NCBI GenBank assembly: GCA_030697665.1
Contig: JAUYPJ010000037.1
Location: 28,089-92,088, forward strand
Direction of reading: 5' to 3'
DNA: 64,000 nt
Source of the DNA: Candidatus Omnitrophota bacterium
Lineage (GTDB): Bacteria; Omnitrophota; Gorgyraeia; Aquiviventales; Aquiviventaceae
Numbering within the stretch: position 1 is the stretch's first letter; each line of letters starts with the position of its first letter. Positions 28,849 through 38,153 of the stretch are shown piece by piece. The position numbers were made by a program, and so were the translations under genes. The notes under the pieces were generated by a model. The model had not been told where the DNA came from. It worked only from the letters and a program-made list of their open reading frames with translations, and ran no database searches.

Positions 28849-30674
28849 CCCTTCCACCAAGAGGAGAGGATCGCGGCGTACTCGTGCAGGATCCCGCGGA
28901 GCTGCTCCACTGAGGCGCCTCGATCATGGACGTAAAATTGACTGGCGGGAACCGGGGTCGGGATGACCGTGATATCCGGGGCCAGCTTCCGCCACATCAG
29001 GAGCGCCCGACGCATGTGGTACGGGGAGCTCACGAGCAGGATGGAGCGCCACCGCTCATGGTGCAGGATGTGCGCGACAAACATGACGTTCTCGCGCGTT
29101 GTGGCCGCGTTCGTTTCAAGGATGATGGCCGTGGCCGGCACGCCATGGGTCATCGCGAGTTCCTTCATGACCTCCGTCTCTTTGAAGACAAACGTGTAGC
29201 CGGACGAGAAAATCATCCGTGGGGACTTCCCTTGCTGGTAGAGGTCAACCGCTTGCTTGACCCGCTCTTGATAGCCGCCTCCGGCCTTGCCGGATTCGCC
29301 CACGCCGCCCGCGAAGACCACGATCGCGTCGGCCGGCCGTGGCGGCTCCGCGACCCGGAGGGGCTCCGCCAGCCACCAGGGGACCGGACTGTGGAAGATG
29401 AGCAGGTATCCGAACGTCAGCCCCAGCGCAACCTGGAGGGCCCGTCGACGCGCGCTCAGGTAGAGCCGGCGGAGAGCGACTTCCCACTGCGTGGCGTCCG
29501 CCTGGCGGGCGCGCAAACGTTCCTCAATCAACTCGGCCATCTTGGCGATGCGCGCATCCCAGCTATTCTGTTTGGCGATCTCAATGCGGCGGGTGATCTC
29601 CTCCAGAGGGCTCGGCTCCAGCGCCCGAAGGACTGCACGCCCGAACTCTTCAGCGTCATGCGCCACATGGACCACCTCACCATGCTCCATATTGAAGCGG
29701 CGGATCTCCGGGAGGTCCGTGGCCACGACAGGGATCCCCATCGCCAGGTACTCGTTCAGTTTTGCAGGATAGATGTGGGCGGTGTATTCATTGATGGCAT
29801 AGGGGATGAGGCCGGCCTGGAACCGCTTGATATAGTGCGGGAGCTCCTCGTGTGTGCGCGGCCCGAGAAACACGATGTTGGACGCCGTGAGGTGCGACAC
29901 CTCTGTCTGCATCGGCCCGACCATCACAAACGTCACCTGGGGCAGGCGTGCCGCGACGGCCTGAAGAAGCCCTTGATCGAGTTCCTTCCTAATGCCCCCA
30001 ATGTATCCAACGACAGGACCGCGCACATCTTTCAAGTCGTTCGGTTCGACCGCCGCACGCCGGGCATGTTCAAACTGGTTGAAATTGACGCCAAACGGAA
30101 ACGAGTAGACATGGCGGTTGAAGCGTGATGCCCGAACGAACAGCCGTTCGGATGTCACGAAGACGAGCTCAGCCCGTCGGAGCAGCCAGGATTCGCTCCG
30201 GCTGATGCGGCGTGCCCCTGCCGAGCTCGACGCCAGGTCATCAATACAGTAGTAGACGGTGAGCTCCGGATCAAGCTCCTCCAGCAGATCGCACGCGAGG
30301 GGAGTGGGTAGAAAGGTCCACACCACGGAAGGCCGAAATCCGATCGCATGCATCCAGCGCTGAATGGCTCGGAACATCAAGTGCCGATTGATCCATCGCG
30401 CCACCAGGGAATACGGAAACGGGAGAATGAGCGGCGAGTAGACGAACAGTCGTTCTCGCACCTGGCGAAACCCCTTGGTCCCTCGCCACCAATTGAGCAA
30501 CCGCCGTTTCAGGCGTGGCAAATCCCTCAAGGTCGGCGCGCGCACCCCGGTGTTCTCGACAAAGAGCACCCGGTTGCCCTGCCCGGCGAGGGCAGCCATG
30601 ATCTCCTGGTGGCCTTGCCAGATGAAATCCCAGTCAATGGAGGAGATGCACAGGATATCGTAGCCGCTTAACAT
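28839..30674 (-). CDS. GT-B glycosyltransferase fused to a C-terminal YdcF/DUF218 (ElyC/SanA-like) domain
   Basis: DWDFIWQGHQ, YYCIDD, PAKLNEYLAMG; TM; ADAIVVFAGG, TRENV, VSSPYHMRRA. Confidence 0.85.
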   Translation of the reverse strand: MLSGYDILCISSIDWDFIWQGHQEIMAALAGQGNRVLFVENTGVRAPTLRDLPRLKRRLLNWWRGTKGFRQVRERLFVYSPLILPFPYSLVARWINRHLMFRAIQRWMHAIGFRPSVVWTFLPTPLACDLLEELDPELTVYYCIDDLASSSAGARRISRSESWLLRRAELVFVTSERLFVRASRFNRHVYSFPFGVNFNQFEHARRAAVEPNDLKDVRGPVVGYIGGIRKELDQGLLQAVAARLPQVTFVMVGPMQTEVSHLTASNIVFLGPRTHEELPHYIKRFQAGLIPYAINEYTAHIYPAKLNEYLAMGIPVVATDLPEIRRFNMEHGEVVHVAHDAEEFGRAVLRALEPSPLEEITRRIEIAKQNSWDARIAKMAELIEERLRARQADATQWEVALRRLYLSARRRALQVALGLTFGYLLIFHSPVPWWLAEPLRVAEPPRPADAIVVFAGGVGESGKAGGGYQERVKQAVDLYQQGKSPRMIFSSGYTFVFKETEVMKELAMTHGVPATAIILETNAATTRENVMFVAHILHHERWRSILLVSSPYHMRRALLMWRKLAPDITVIPTPVPASQFYVHDRGASVEQLRGILHEYAAILSSWWKGWI

Positions 30675-30752
30675 GCGATACGCGTACCGCCCGACGGTAC
30701 CGAGGCCACCTGCCGCTGTGCGTTCACGCGCAGCCGACGGCGCCACGCCTCG

Positions 30753-31778
30753 TCATTGAGGACACGCTTCCAGCGCCTTGAGCATATTGAACTGAAGATC
30801 CGCCAGCGAAGTCCCTGCATGCACGCGGCGCAGCCGGTAGCGATTCTTGGCGCTGTCAAGGCGGTTGTGTCCACACTCCATCGTGAAGCCCATCGTATAG
30901 CCGCACTGGGCCAGCAGGGTCTCCGCCTCCCGAGGAATATCCGACGAACGTCCGACGGGATAGGCGAAGGCCTCGATCGGACGTCCTACAGCCGCCTCGA
31001 GAACCGCCTTCGATTCTGCAAGCTCTCGCACCACCTCCTGCCCGCTCAGGCCCGTGAGAAGACGATGCGAGATCCCGTGACTGCCGATGGCAATGGACGG
31101 GTCGAGCATCCTGAGATCTTCTGCACTGAGATACAACCGCGAGGCGATCTCCTGCTCGCCACAGCCGCCGTCGTGCCAGTCTACGGCCGTGGCGGCTGCG
31201 GGATGGGACTGCGCCTTTAAGCCTGCCTTGATCAGTTGCTGCTTCCTGGCCTCTCGCCGCCAGTCGTGCACGGCAGGTACCCCCTCACCCACCGATTCCG
31301 TCCTGAGGTTGCGGTCGACGGTCAGCGCGAGCCGATCGATCCAGAGCAGACGCTTCAGTTCCCCCAACCCCGCCGTCGTGGGGAACACGACGGCCGGCAG
31401 CCGATGACGCTTCAGGATCGGTGCGACAAACGTCACGAAGTCGCGATAGCCATCGTCGAACGTCAACAGCAGACTTCCCGGTGGCAACGAGACACGCCCA
31501 TCGAGAGCTTGACGGAGTGTCGCCAATGAGACGATCGTGACGTGGTCCTTCAGAAAGTTCACCATGGCTTCGAACACCTCGGGCGAACCGTTCACGAGAC
31601 TCCACAGGCCGGTCTCAAAAGCTTCAGGGGTCGTGATCCGATGAAACGCGACGACGAGGAGTCCCTGGCGCCGCACGCGTTTTCGTCCCGGACCGCGCGG
31701 GCCCCAATACCATGCTGCCAGCCGGTGCTTCAGCCAGCACTTGCCCTCCACGGACCACCGCCAAGGCGCGTGGATCAT
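30753..31778 (-). CDS. Polysaccharide deacetylase
   Basis: FHRI, TFDDGYRD, GSHGISH, FAYPVG. Confidence 0.88.
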   Translation of the reverse strand: MIHAPWRWSVEGKCWLKHRLAAWYWGPRGPGRKRVRRQGLLVVAFHRITTPEAFETGLWSLVNGSPEVFEAMVNFLKDHVTIVSLATLRQALDGRVSLPPGSLLLTFDDGYRDFVTFVAPILKRHRLPAVVFPTTAGLGELKRLLWIDRLALTVDRNLRTESVGEGVPAVHDWRREARKQQLIKAGLKAQSHPAAATAVDWHDGGCGEQEIASRLYLSAEDLRMLDPSIAIGSHGISHRLLTGLSGQEVVRELAESKAVLEAAVGRPIEAFAYPVGRSSDIPREAETLLAQCGYTMGFTMECGHNRLDSAKNRYRLRRVHAGTSLADLQFNMLKALEACPQ

Positions 31779-32503
31779 CCCCCTGGCTTCCTCGCGAGGA
31801 GCAGGTGGCCCAAGGTGTCGTCTGGATCGCAGTGGAGCCGATCAAGCAGCCCGCACACGGCTTGCGTCAATCCGCACACCACGGCCACCACGGGCCTCCC
31901 CGCCACCCGCAGACCGCCGAAGTTGTGCAACAGATAGAGGCTGGTCGCATGTCCGATCATTGTCCAGAAGCCGCCGCGGGCTGTCAGCTCCACCACTTCC
32001 AGACCCACATGTTCTGTCAACCGCCTGAGACCGAAGCGCGTCACCCGAAACAAGTCGTGTGGTGGATCGTGCTCACGGTTCGCCTGAGAGCTAATCAGCA
32101 GGAGATGACCTCCCGGCCGCAGCAGCCGCGCGAACTCACCGAACAACCGATGAGGCTCCCAGACATAGTCAAACACCTGCACACAGAGGATCGTGTCAGC
32201 GCACCCTGACTGAAACGGCGACGTTTCCCCGCGGCCGAACACATCCACGGGCGCATCCTCCGGCGCTCTGGGCAGATCCAGCCCCACGTAAGTCGCCGCG
32301 CCAGGAAACAAATGCCGGTACGGCTGGCGACCGCAGCCCACATCAATCACAGTCCCGCGCACCAGATGGCCGAAACGCCGCAGCCCCTCGTAATGCGTCT
32401 GCTCAGCCAACCACCCTGGGTTGAACCAGTGCAACCGCGGACGCACGGGCCGTCGCAGCGCGGATGGCGTCGCACGACCGCGGATATCGCGCCCGCTCAA
32501 CAT
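31775..32503 (-). CDS. Class I SAM-dependent methyltransferase
   Basis: VIDVGCGRQPY, YVGLD, LLRPGG, HDPPHDLFR. Confidence 0.85.
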   Translation of the reverse strand: MLSGRDIRGRATPSALRRPVRPRLHWFNPGWLAEQTHYEGLRRFGHLVRGTVIDVGCGRQPYRHLFPGAATYVGLDLPRAPEDAPVDVFGRGETSPFQSGCADTILCVQVFDYVWEPHRLFGEFARLLRPGGHLLLISSQANREHDPPHDLFRVTRFGLRRLTEHVGLEVVELTARGGFWTMIGHATSLYLLHNFGGLRVAGRPVVAVVCGLTQAVCGLLDRLHCDPDDTLGHLLLARKPGG

Positions 32504-34080
32504 TCCCCGTCATGACCTCTCGAAGACGCGCCAGCCGACGACAGCGTCACATACACCCGTTTCACCAACGACAACAACGTTGGAGGACAGTCGACGTGGT
32601 CGAACAGCGACAGGTCATCAGAGGAAAAAATCCCGCTCGCTCGAGTCCATCCAAGCAGTAGCAGGGCCGCCGACACCAGGAGAGCGAGCTTGACCACTTG
32701 CCCGGCGCCTGAAACGAAGGCGAGCACGCCAGCCACGAGGCTCGCGGCGATCAGGGCCGTGGAGGACTCCACCCCGATCCGCCGGTTGCCCCAGGAGAGG
32801 GCGCACCAGGCAAATACCGCGAAGCTCGCGCCGGTGGCCCACGCGGCGCCGAAGGCCCCGAACCTCGGAACCAGCAGGATATCTCCCACGATCTTCACCA
32901 CCGCCATCAGTACGCCATACAGGGTGTTCCACGCCGGCCCATCGTGGCTGAAGAAGAGCGGGTTATACAACGAGATGATGGGTTGAAACGTCAAACTCAC
33001 CAGGAGAATGGAGAGCACCTGCCCGCTGATCGCGAAACGCGGGCCCATCAGGAGGGAAAAGAACGGTTCGGCGACGATCCCGAGGCCCAACAGCACAAAC
33101 CCCCAGAGGACGGTCACTTGAGGAACGAACCGGACGAGATACCGAGTCACCCGGTCCTCTCGCCCCTGAGCCCGCCAGGCGGTCAGCACAGGAAACATGA
33201 GGGTGTGCATGCCGGTCAGCACACTCCCGATAAAGAGGAACACCTGGAAGGCAATCTGGTACACCCCCACCTCGGCGCGTCCCTGGAGAAATCGAAGGAA
33301 ATAGAGATCGACCCAATCACAGAGATACGCGGCGAAGAACCCAAGCCAGAGCGCGAGGGAATATCGCGTCAGGGTCCTGGTGAAACGCCAGTCAATGCCT
33401 CTGGGCTGGGTGATCGAGCTGTCTAATCGCGGCAAGCTGATCGCGGCCTGCACGACCATGGCGATCCCCAAGCACAGAATGACCGCAAGCGGAGTCATCC
33501 GCGAGCCGCTGAGCCACGCCAGTCCTGTGAGAAGAACGAGGTAGACGATCCGGCCCTCCACAGGGCTCCATGAGGCGGCCTTCATGTTGCCTTGCATCTG
33601 GAGCAACTGCACGATGGCACCTGTGAGCACCGTCACGGCAAAGATCGCAATGAACACCGCGGGCAGCCGTCCATTGAGACCCACGATGCTCGCGCCGACG
33701 CGGGAGACCGAGAGCAACACGCAGGACGACACGACGAGCAGCGTCGTGACCAGGGCGGTCCACGCCCAGAACACACGCCCTGCCGCTCCCTGAGAGATGA
33801 GCGCCTCTCGGCCATACCGCATCGCCGCAGGGAAGCTCCACTTCACTCCCGCGACAAAGAACAGTTGAATCATCCCCAGAAAGAGGGCCACGGTTCCGTA
33901 CCCCTCAGGGCCTAACAGGCGGGCCGTGAGTACCGTCGTGACTGCCGCCAAGACGGCAAACGCCACTTGCCCAGCAAGGATGGAGACGTAATCCCACCAC
34001 GCAGTGTGAACACCCGTCACATCCTGGATGCTCGTCGTGGGAATGCCTACCGGTCGCTCTATGCTGGTTTCCATGAGCAC
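32497..34080 (-). CDS. wzx: Oligosaccharide flippase (Wzx)
   Basis: About 14 TM; ARLLGPEGYG, D.YFL...EVGVY, LVPRFGAFGAAWAT. Confidence 0.85.
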   Translation of the reverse strand: MLMETSIERPVGIPTTSIQDVTGVHTAWWDYVSILAGQVAFAVLAAVTTVLTARLLGPEGYGTVALFLGMIQLFFVAGVKWSFPAAMRYGREALISQGAAGRVFWAWTALVTTLLVVSSCVLLSVSRVGASIVGLNGRLPAVFIAIFAVTVLTGAIVQLLQMQGNMKAASWSPVEGRIVYLVLLTGLAWLSGSRMTPLAVILCLGIAMVVQAAISLPRLDSSITQPRGIDWRFTRTLTRYSLALWLGFFAAYLCDWVDLYFLRFLQGRAEVGVYQIAFQVFLFIGSVLTGMHTLMFPVLTAWRAQGREDRVTRYLVRFVPQVTVLWGFVLLGLGIVAEPFFSLLMGPRFAISGQVLSILLVSLTFQPIISLYNPLFFSHDGPAWNTLYGVLMAVVKIVGDILLVPRFGAFGAAWATGASFAVFAWCALSWGNRRIGVESSTALIAASLVAGVLAFVSGAGQVVKLALLVSAALLLLGWTRASGIFSSDDLSLFDHVDCPPTLLSLVKRVYVTLSSAGASSRGHDGEC

Positions 34081-34083
34081 CCC

Positions 34084-35274
34084 TTACGCCACGTGACCCA
34101 CCCCGCGCTTGGACCGCATGAGATCTTCATACCACTGTTCGTAGGACCGCACCATCCCCAGGGCATCAAAGTGCCGTTCAACCCGTTCCCGTGCTCGCGC
34201 CGCAAGGTCCCTCGCCAACACGCGATCCTGCAGCAGACGCTTCATGGCCTCCGCAAGCCCCACGGGATCCTCTGGGGAAACGAGCAGGCCGGTCTGTCCG
34301 TTGGTAATAATCTCGGGCACCCCCCCGCTCTCACAGGCCACCACTGGAACTTCGAGTGCCATCGCTTCAAGCATGGCGATTCCGAAGCCATCCCAGATGG
34401 AGGGAAGGACGAACAGGTCGCTACCACGCAGGAGCGCAGGGACATCCTCACGGCGACCAAGGAAACGCACCGTATCGTCCAGTCCCAGGGCTCGTGCCCG
34501 CGCCTGGATCGCGGGCCGCTCCGGCCCGTCCCCGATCAACAGACATTCGAGCGCGAACTCCGGCACAAGACGGCGGAGCGCCTCCAGCAGGACGCGGTGT
34601 CCTTTAACCGGGGCGAATGCCGCCACGGTCACGATGCGAAAGGACCGAGCCCTTCCAGAGAAGGCATACGGTGCAGCGTTTCGTTCGGCCGTTTGTTCCC
34701 CTGCTGTGCGGATCTGGCTGATCTCAATCCCATTATGGATGACCCGCACGCGCTCTGGACGGAGCTTGATGCCAGGCCTGGAACACACGGCCTGCCTCAC
34801 CGCTTCGCTACAGGCGGCCATTCCGTTGAAGAAGCGATACATCCCGCGATACACCTGTGAGCTGATCCGCCATCTGACACGTCTGGGAAACGGCTCTGTC
34901 TCCCAGAAAAAGTTGACGTTGTGGAGCGTAGCCGCTAACACCGGAACGCTCACCAAACGGCTGGCGAGTAGTCCGTAGAGGTCGCCGTGAAACAGATGGG
35001 TATGGAGGATGTCGACTCGTTCTGTACGGATCAAGGACGCCAGGTGACGAAGCGTCCGGACATTGGGATACACGGGAAACGAGAACGGATAGACGTGCAC
35101 GTCGCCTGCACGTCCCAATCGATCCGTCAAGGAAGACCGGGGACACACGAGAGATACGTTGAACCGACGCCGGTCGAGGTGGCGTGCGAGCAGCTCCACG
35201 ACACGCCATCCACCACCGAGCTGATCCGTCGAGATCACGAGCATCACCCGCAAGGAAATGAGCGGATCAATCAT
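34084..35274 (-). CDS. GT4 glycosyltransferase
   Basis: DILHTH, IHNGI, KGHRVLL, DGFGIAMLEAMA. Confidence 0.9.
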   Translation of the reverse strand: MIDPLISLRVMLVISTDQLGGGWRVVELLARHLDRRRFNVSLVCPRSSLTDRLGRAGDVHVYPFSFPVYPNVRTLRHLASLIRTERVDILHTHLFHGDLYGLLASRLVSVPVLAATLHNVNFFWETEPFPRRVRWRISSQVYRGMYRFFNGMAACSEAVRQAVCSRPGIKLRPERVRVIHNGIEISQIRTAGEQTAERNAAPYAFSGRARSFRIVTVAAFAPVKGHRVLLEALRRLVPEFALECLLIGDGPERPAIQARARALGLDDTVRFLGRREDVPALLRGSDLFVLPSIWDGFGIAMLEAMALEVPVVACESGGVPEIITNGQTGLLVSPEDPVGLAEAMKRLLQDRVLARDLAARARERVERHFDALGMVRSYEQWYEDLMRSKRGVGHVA

Positions 35275-36028
35275 GGCGTCGCTCCGAAACCCCCCGGGTC
35301 GTCGCGCGCAGACCGCGCCGCAACAACCGCGCTGCCTCTCGACTGAGGCGGGGCCAGGGCTGTTGGTCATCGGTCCTTGAGAACCGTGAGGGACGACGCT
35401 GCAATCCCGAAAAGTACTGTTCGTAGGGCAAGCCCTGGACGATCCGCCCAGGGGCGGCTGCGCCAATCCACTCCGGATGCGCCAGGAGCTGCTGGGTATC
35501 CGCCAGGCCACCTGTCCTGTTCTTGAAGAGCGTGCGGTTGGCCACGTCGAACACGAACGTCCTGGGGCCCATGTCAACCAGCGCGACTATCAAGAAGTGG
35601 TCGGAGCGCCCCAGTGGAGTGAGCTTCGCAAGACCTGCCTGGAAGCCAGCGTAGCCGGCCAGAAGCACAAAGGCCTCGGTTCTCTGGTCTCCTGGCCCAT
35701 AGCCCCTGATGAGGATGTGCAGCGGGTGGTCATCCACAATCGGAAAGCCTTCGGGCACCGATCGAATATGCGTGGTCACCCACGAGAAAATCCTCACAAG
35801 CTTCTCTTCGTCATCTGATATGCCAGCAACGATGTCGTGTACCATGCGTCTGGTCTGGAGGTCGCGGCTGAGGAAATGAACGGCCTTTTCGTACAGCGGC
35901 AGCTGTTGACTCGACCACTGATAGTTGATTCCAAATCGAGTTGTGACGGGCCAATGGCTGATGGCGACAAGAGCGACCATCAGCCCCAGCATGATGAGTA
36001 CCGCTCGACGTCCACGGAAGACCTTCAT
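35267..36028 (-). CDS. Membrane-anchored transglutaminase-like protein (catalytic Cys apparently absent)
   Basis: N-terminal TM; ILIRGYGPGDQ aligns with YLVRGIGWCDY of 21752-22894. Confidence 0.5.
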   Translation of the reverse strand: MKVFRGRRAVLIMLGLMVALVAISHWPVTTRFGINYQWSSQQLPLYEKAVHFLSRDLQTRRMVHDIVAGISDDEEKLVRIFSWVTTHIRSVPEGFPIVDDHPLHILIRGYGPGDQRTEAFVLLAGYAGFQAGLAKLTPLGRSDHFLIVALVDMGPRTFVFDVANRTLFKNRTGGLADTQQLLAHPEWIGAAAPGRIVQGLPYEQYFSGLQRRPSRFSRTDDQQPWPRLSREAARLLRRGLRATTRGVSERRHD

Positions 36029-36209
36029 CCCATCAATTCCGCGCAAGAAGATTGTTGTCGCGTGACGTCATCGTTGCCCTCGCCCTTTGACCGGTTGGAA
36101 ATCGGAGCTGGTCAGCGATCACCCAGGCCAGCAGCCGATTCCCCGCGTCGGTGAGGTGAGCTGAAGTTCAGCACCTCTATAGCGCACCCCGCGGTCCTGC
36201 AAGGTTCGC

Positions 36210-38153
36210 TCAAGGAGTACGGGCCAGGTAGCGTCCTCTGGATTGTTCACCCCGACCCAATACCAAGGACAAGTTCTGCAGCCATACCTCGAAGGTCAAC
36301 AGCGTCCAGAGCCGGTGGGAGTGGTCAGCCCGCCCGGACACATGGGCTTCGACCAACGAACCGACATAGGAGGCATCGAGGTACTGGCGCCAGCAGGCGC
36401 CGGAGGACAACAGGACATCCTGAAGGAAGTCCTTCAGATCAGTCCGAAACCAGCGCTGAAGCGGCACGCCGAACCCCATCTTTCCCCGTCGTAGAACCGG
36501 TTGAGGCAACATGTCGGTAAACGCCTGACGGAGGATCACCTTCGTCCGCCCCCAGCGAAGCTTCATCGCATCCGGAAGGCTGAACACGTATTCAAGCAGC
36601 TCGCGGTCCAGGAAGGGAGAGCGAGCCTCAAGCGCGTGCGCCATCGAGCAGCGGTCCGCCTTCACGAGGAGATCGTCCGGAAGGTAGGTTTTCACGTTCA
36701 GGTACAACAACTGGGTCAGGGGTGATGCGTTCCGGCACCGACGGACGTACGGATCGAGAGCGGCAAGAGGCGCTCCGGCTCCGTTCGTGCCTGTCCACAG
36801 GTGCGGGAGATCCTCATAGAACACGGCCACCCATCGAGTGAACCGTTCGGTGAACGGGAGTGCTGCGCTGCCGGCAAACTTCTGCAGGCGCCCCCAGGGG
36901 CTGCGAGGTCCCCCCCACGGCGGCAGGTTGGTGAGGAGCGAGCGCGCCGCGCGCCGCAGCGCCAGCGGGACTCGCTCTGACCAAAGGGTCGCGCAAAATC
37001 GGAGATAGCCTGCGAACAGTTCATCACCCCCATCACCGTTCAGGGCCACCGTCACATGCTCCTTCGTCAGTTGAGCCAGGAGGTAGGTCGGAATGGCCGA
37101 GGAGTCTGCGAACGGCCCATCATAGTGCCACACGAGCTGATCAATGAGCTCGACGGCTGAGGGCTCCACTCGGAACTCGGTGTGCTGCGTGCCAAAGTGC
37201 CGTGCCACCAGGCGCGCGTAACGTGTCTCGTCAAAGCGCGAATCCCCGCTGAACCCGATGCTGAACGTCCGCACCGGCTCTCGCTGGAGCCTGCTCATCA
37301 AGCCCACGATAATTGACGAGTCGATGCCGCCACTCAAGAAGGCCCCCAGGGGCACATCAGCTACGAGCCGCCTCCGCACGGCAGCCGTCAACAGCTCTCG
37401 CACCCGATCAACCGCTTCGGCCTCGGAAGGCGCTCGATGCACAGATGGCGCAGCCAGCGGCACATCCCAGTAAGCTTCGATCTGAAGCCGTCCGTCATCA
37501 TTCAGCGTCAGAAGGTGACCTGGTGGCAATTGGCAAATACCACGGTAGAGCGTGTGAGGGGTTGGAACATACCCGAACAGGAAGAAGGCTGGCAGGGCTT
37601 CGGCATCCACCTCAGGGACGATCGTGGGATATCGCAGCAGCGCCTTGATCTCAGAGGCGAATGCAAACCGTCCGCTCCCTGGATCAGCATAGTAGAACAG
37701 CGGCTTTTTCCCGACTCGGTCCCGACCGAGCAGCAGCGTCCGGTGCCGCGCATCCCAGACGGCAAAGGCAAACATCCCCTCGAGGCGCTCGACGCACCGC
37801 ACACCTTCTGCTTCGTACAGCCGCAGGAGGACCTCGGTATCTGAGGCGGTCCGAAAGCGCACTCCGCGCTGCTGCAGCGAGGCGCGTAGCTCAAGAAAGT
37901 TGTAGATCTCACCGTTGAACACGATCCAGACGGATTGATCGTCGTTCGACATCGGTTGCGAAGCCTCTTCAGACAGATCGATGATCTTCAGTCTGGCATG
38001 GGCGAGCCCAACCGAACATGGGGGAGTGTTCTTGAGCACCACCTGTCCCCTTCCCTCAGGGCCGCGATGTGAGAGGCTGGCAAGCGCTTCCGCCAACACG
38101 GCTTCCTCAACCGCTTGGCCATCCCACTGGAGCATCCCGACGATGCCGCACAT
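36210..38153 (-). CDS. asnB: Asparagine synthase (glutamine-hydrolysing) family amidotransferase
   Basis: MCGIVG, HRGP, FNGEIYN, FLSGGIDSS, GDGGDELFAGY, EARSPFLD. Confidence 0.93.
   Translation of the reverse strand: MCGIVGMLQWDGQAVEEAVLAEALASLSHRGPEGRGQVVLKNTPPCSVGLAHARLKIIDLSEEASQPMSNDDQSVWIVFNGEIYNFLELRASLQQRGVRFRTASDTEVLLRLYEAEGVRCVERLEGMFAFAVWDARHRTLLLGRDRVGKKPLFYYADPGSGRFAFASEIKALLRYPTIVPEVDAEALPAFFLFGYVPTPHTLYRGICQLPPGHLLTLNDDGRLQIEAYWDVPLAAPSVHRAPSEAEAVDRVRELLTAAVRRRLVADVPLGAFLSGGIDSSIIVGLMSRLQREPVRTFSIGFSGDSRFDETRYARLVARHFGTQHTEFRVEPSAVELIDQLVWHYDGPFADSSAIPTYLLAQLTKEHVTVALNGDGGDELFAGYLRFCATLWSERVPLALRRAARSLLTNLPPWGGPRSPWGRLQKFAGSAALPFTERFTRWVAVFYEDLPHLWTGTNGAGAPLAALDPYVRRCRNASPLTQLLYLNVKTYLPDDLLVKADRCSMAHALEARSPFLDRELLEYVFSLPDAMKLRWGRTKVILRQAFTDMLPQPVLRRGKMGFGVPLQRWFRTDLKDFLQDVLLSSGACWRQYLDASYVGSLVEAHVSGRADHSHRLWTLLTFEVWLQNLSLVLGRGEQSRGRYLARTP

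Noticed and set aside
30668-30756. Two chained mini-ORFs bridging the deacetylase and GT-YdcF genes
   Set aside because: Plausible by chance in GC-rich DNA; no IR, and the downstream start may instead be GTG 30746
31770-31790. GGGGGATGATCC junction (also 42736, 59879, 6684-6704) as further element copies
   Set aside because: Only a single ATGA or one arm is present; these are ordinary SD-containing overlaps, at most potential empty target sites
35267-38153. Lasso peptide cluster (AsnB-like plus transglutaminase-like)
   Set aside because: AsnB keeps the MCGI glutaminase N-terminus; no PqqD/RRE or precursor seen; polysaccharide context
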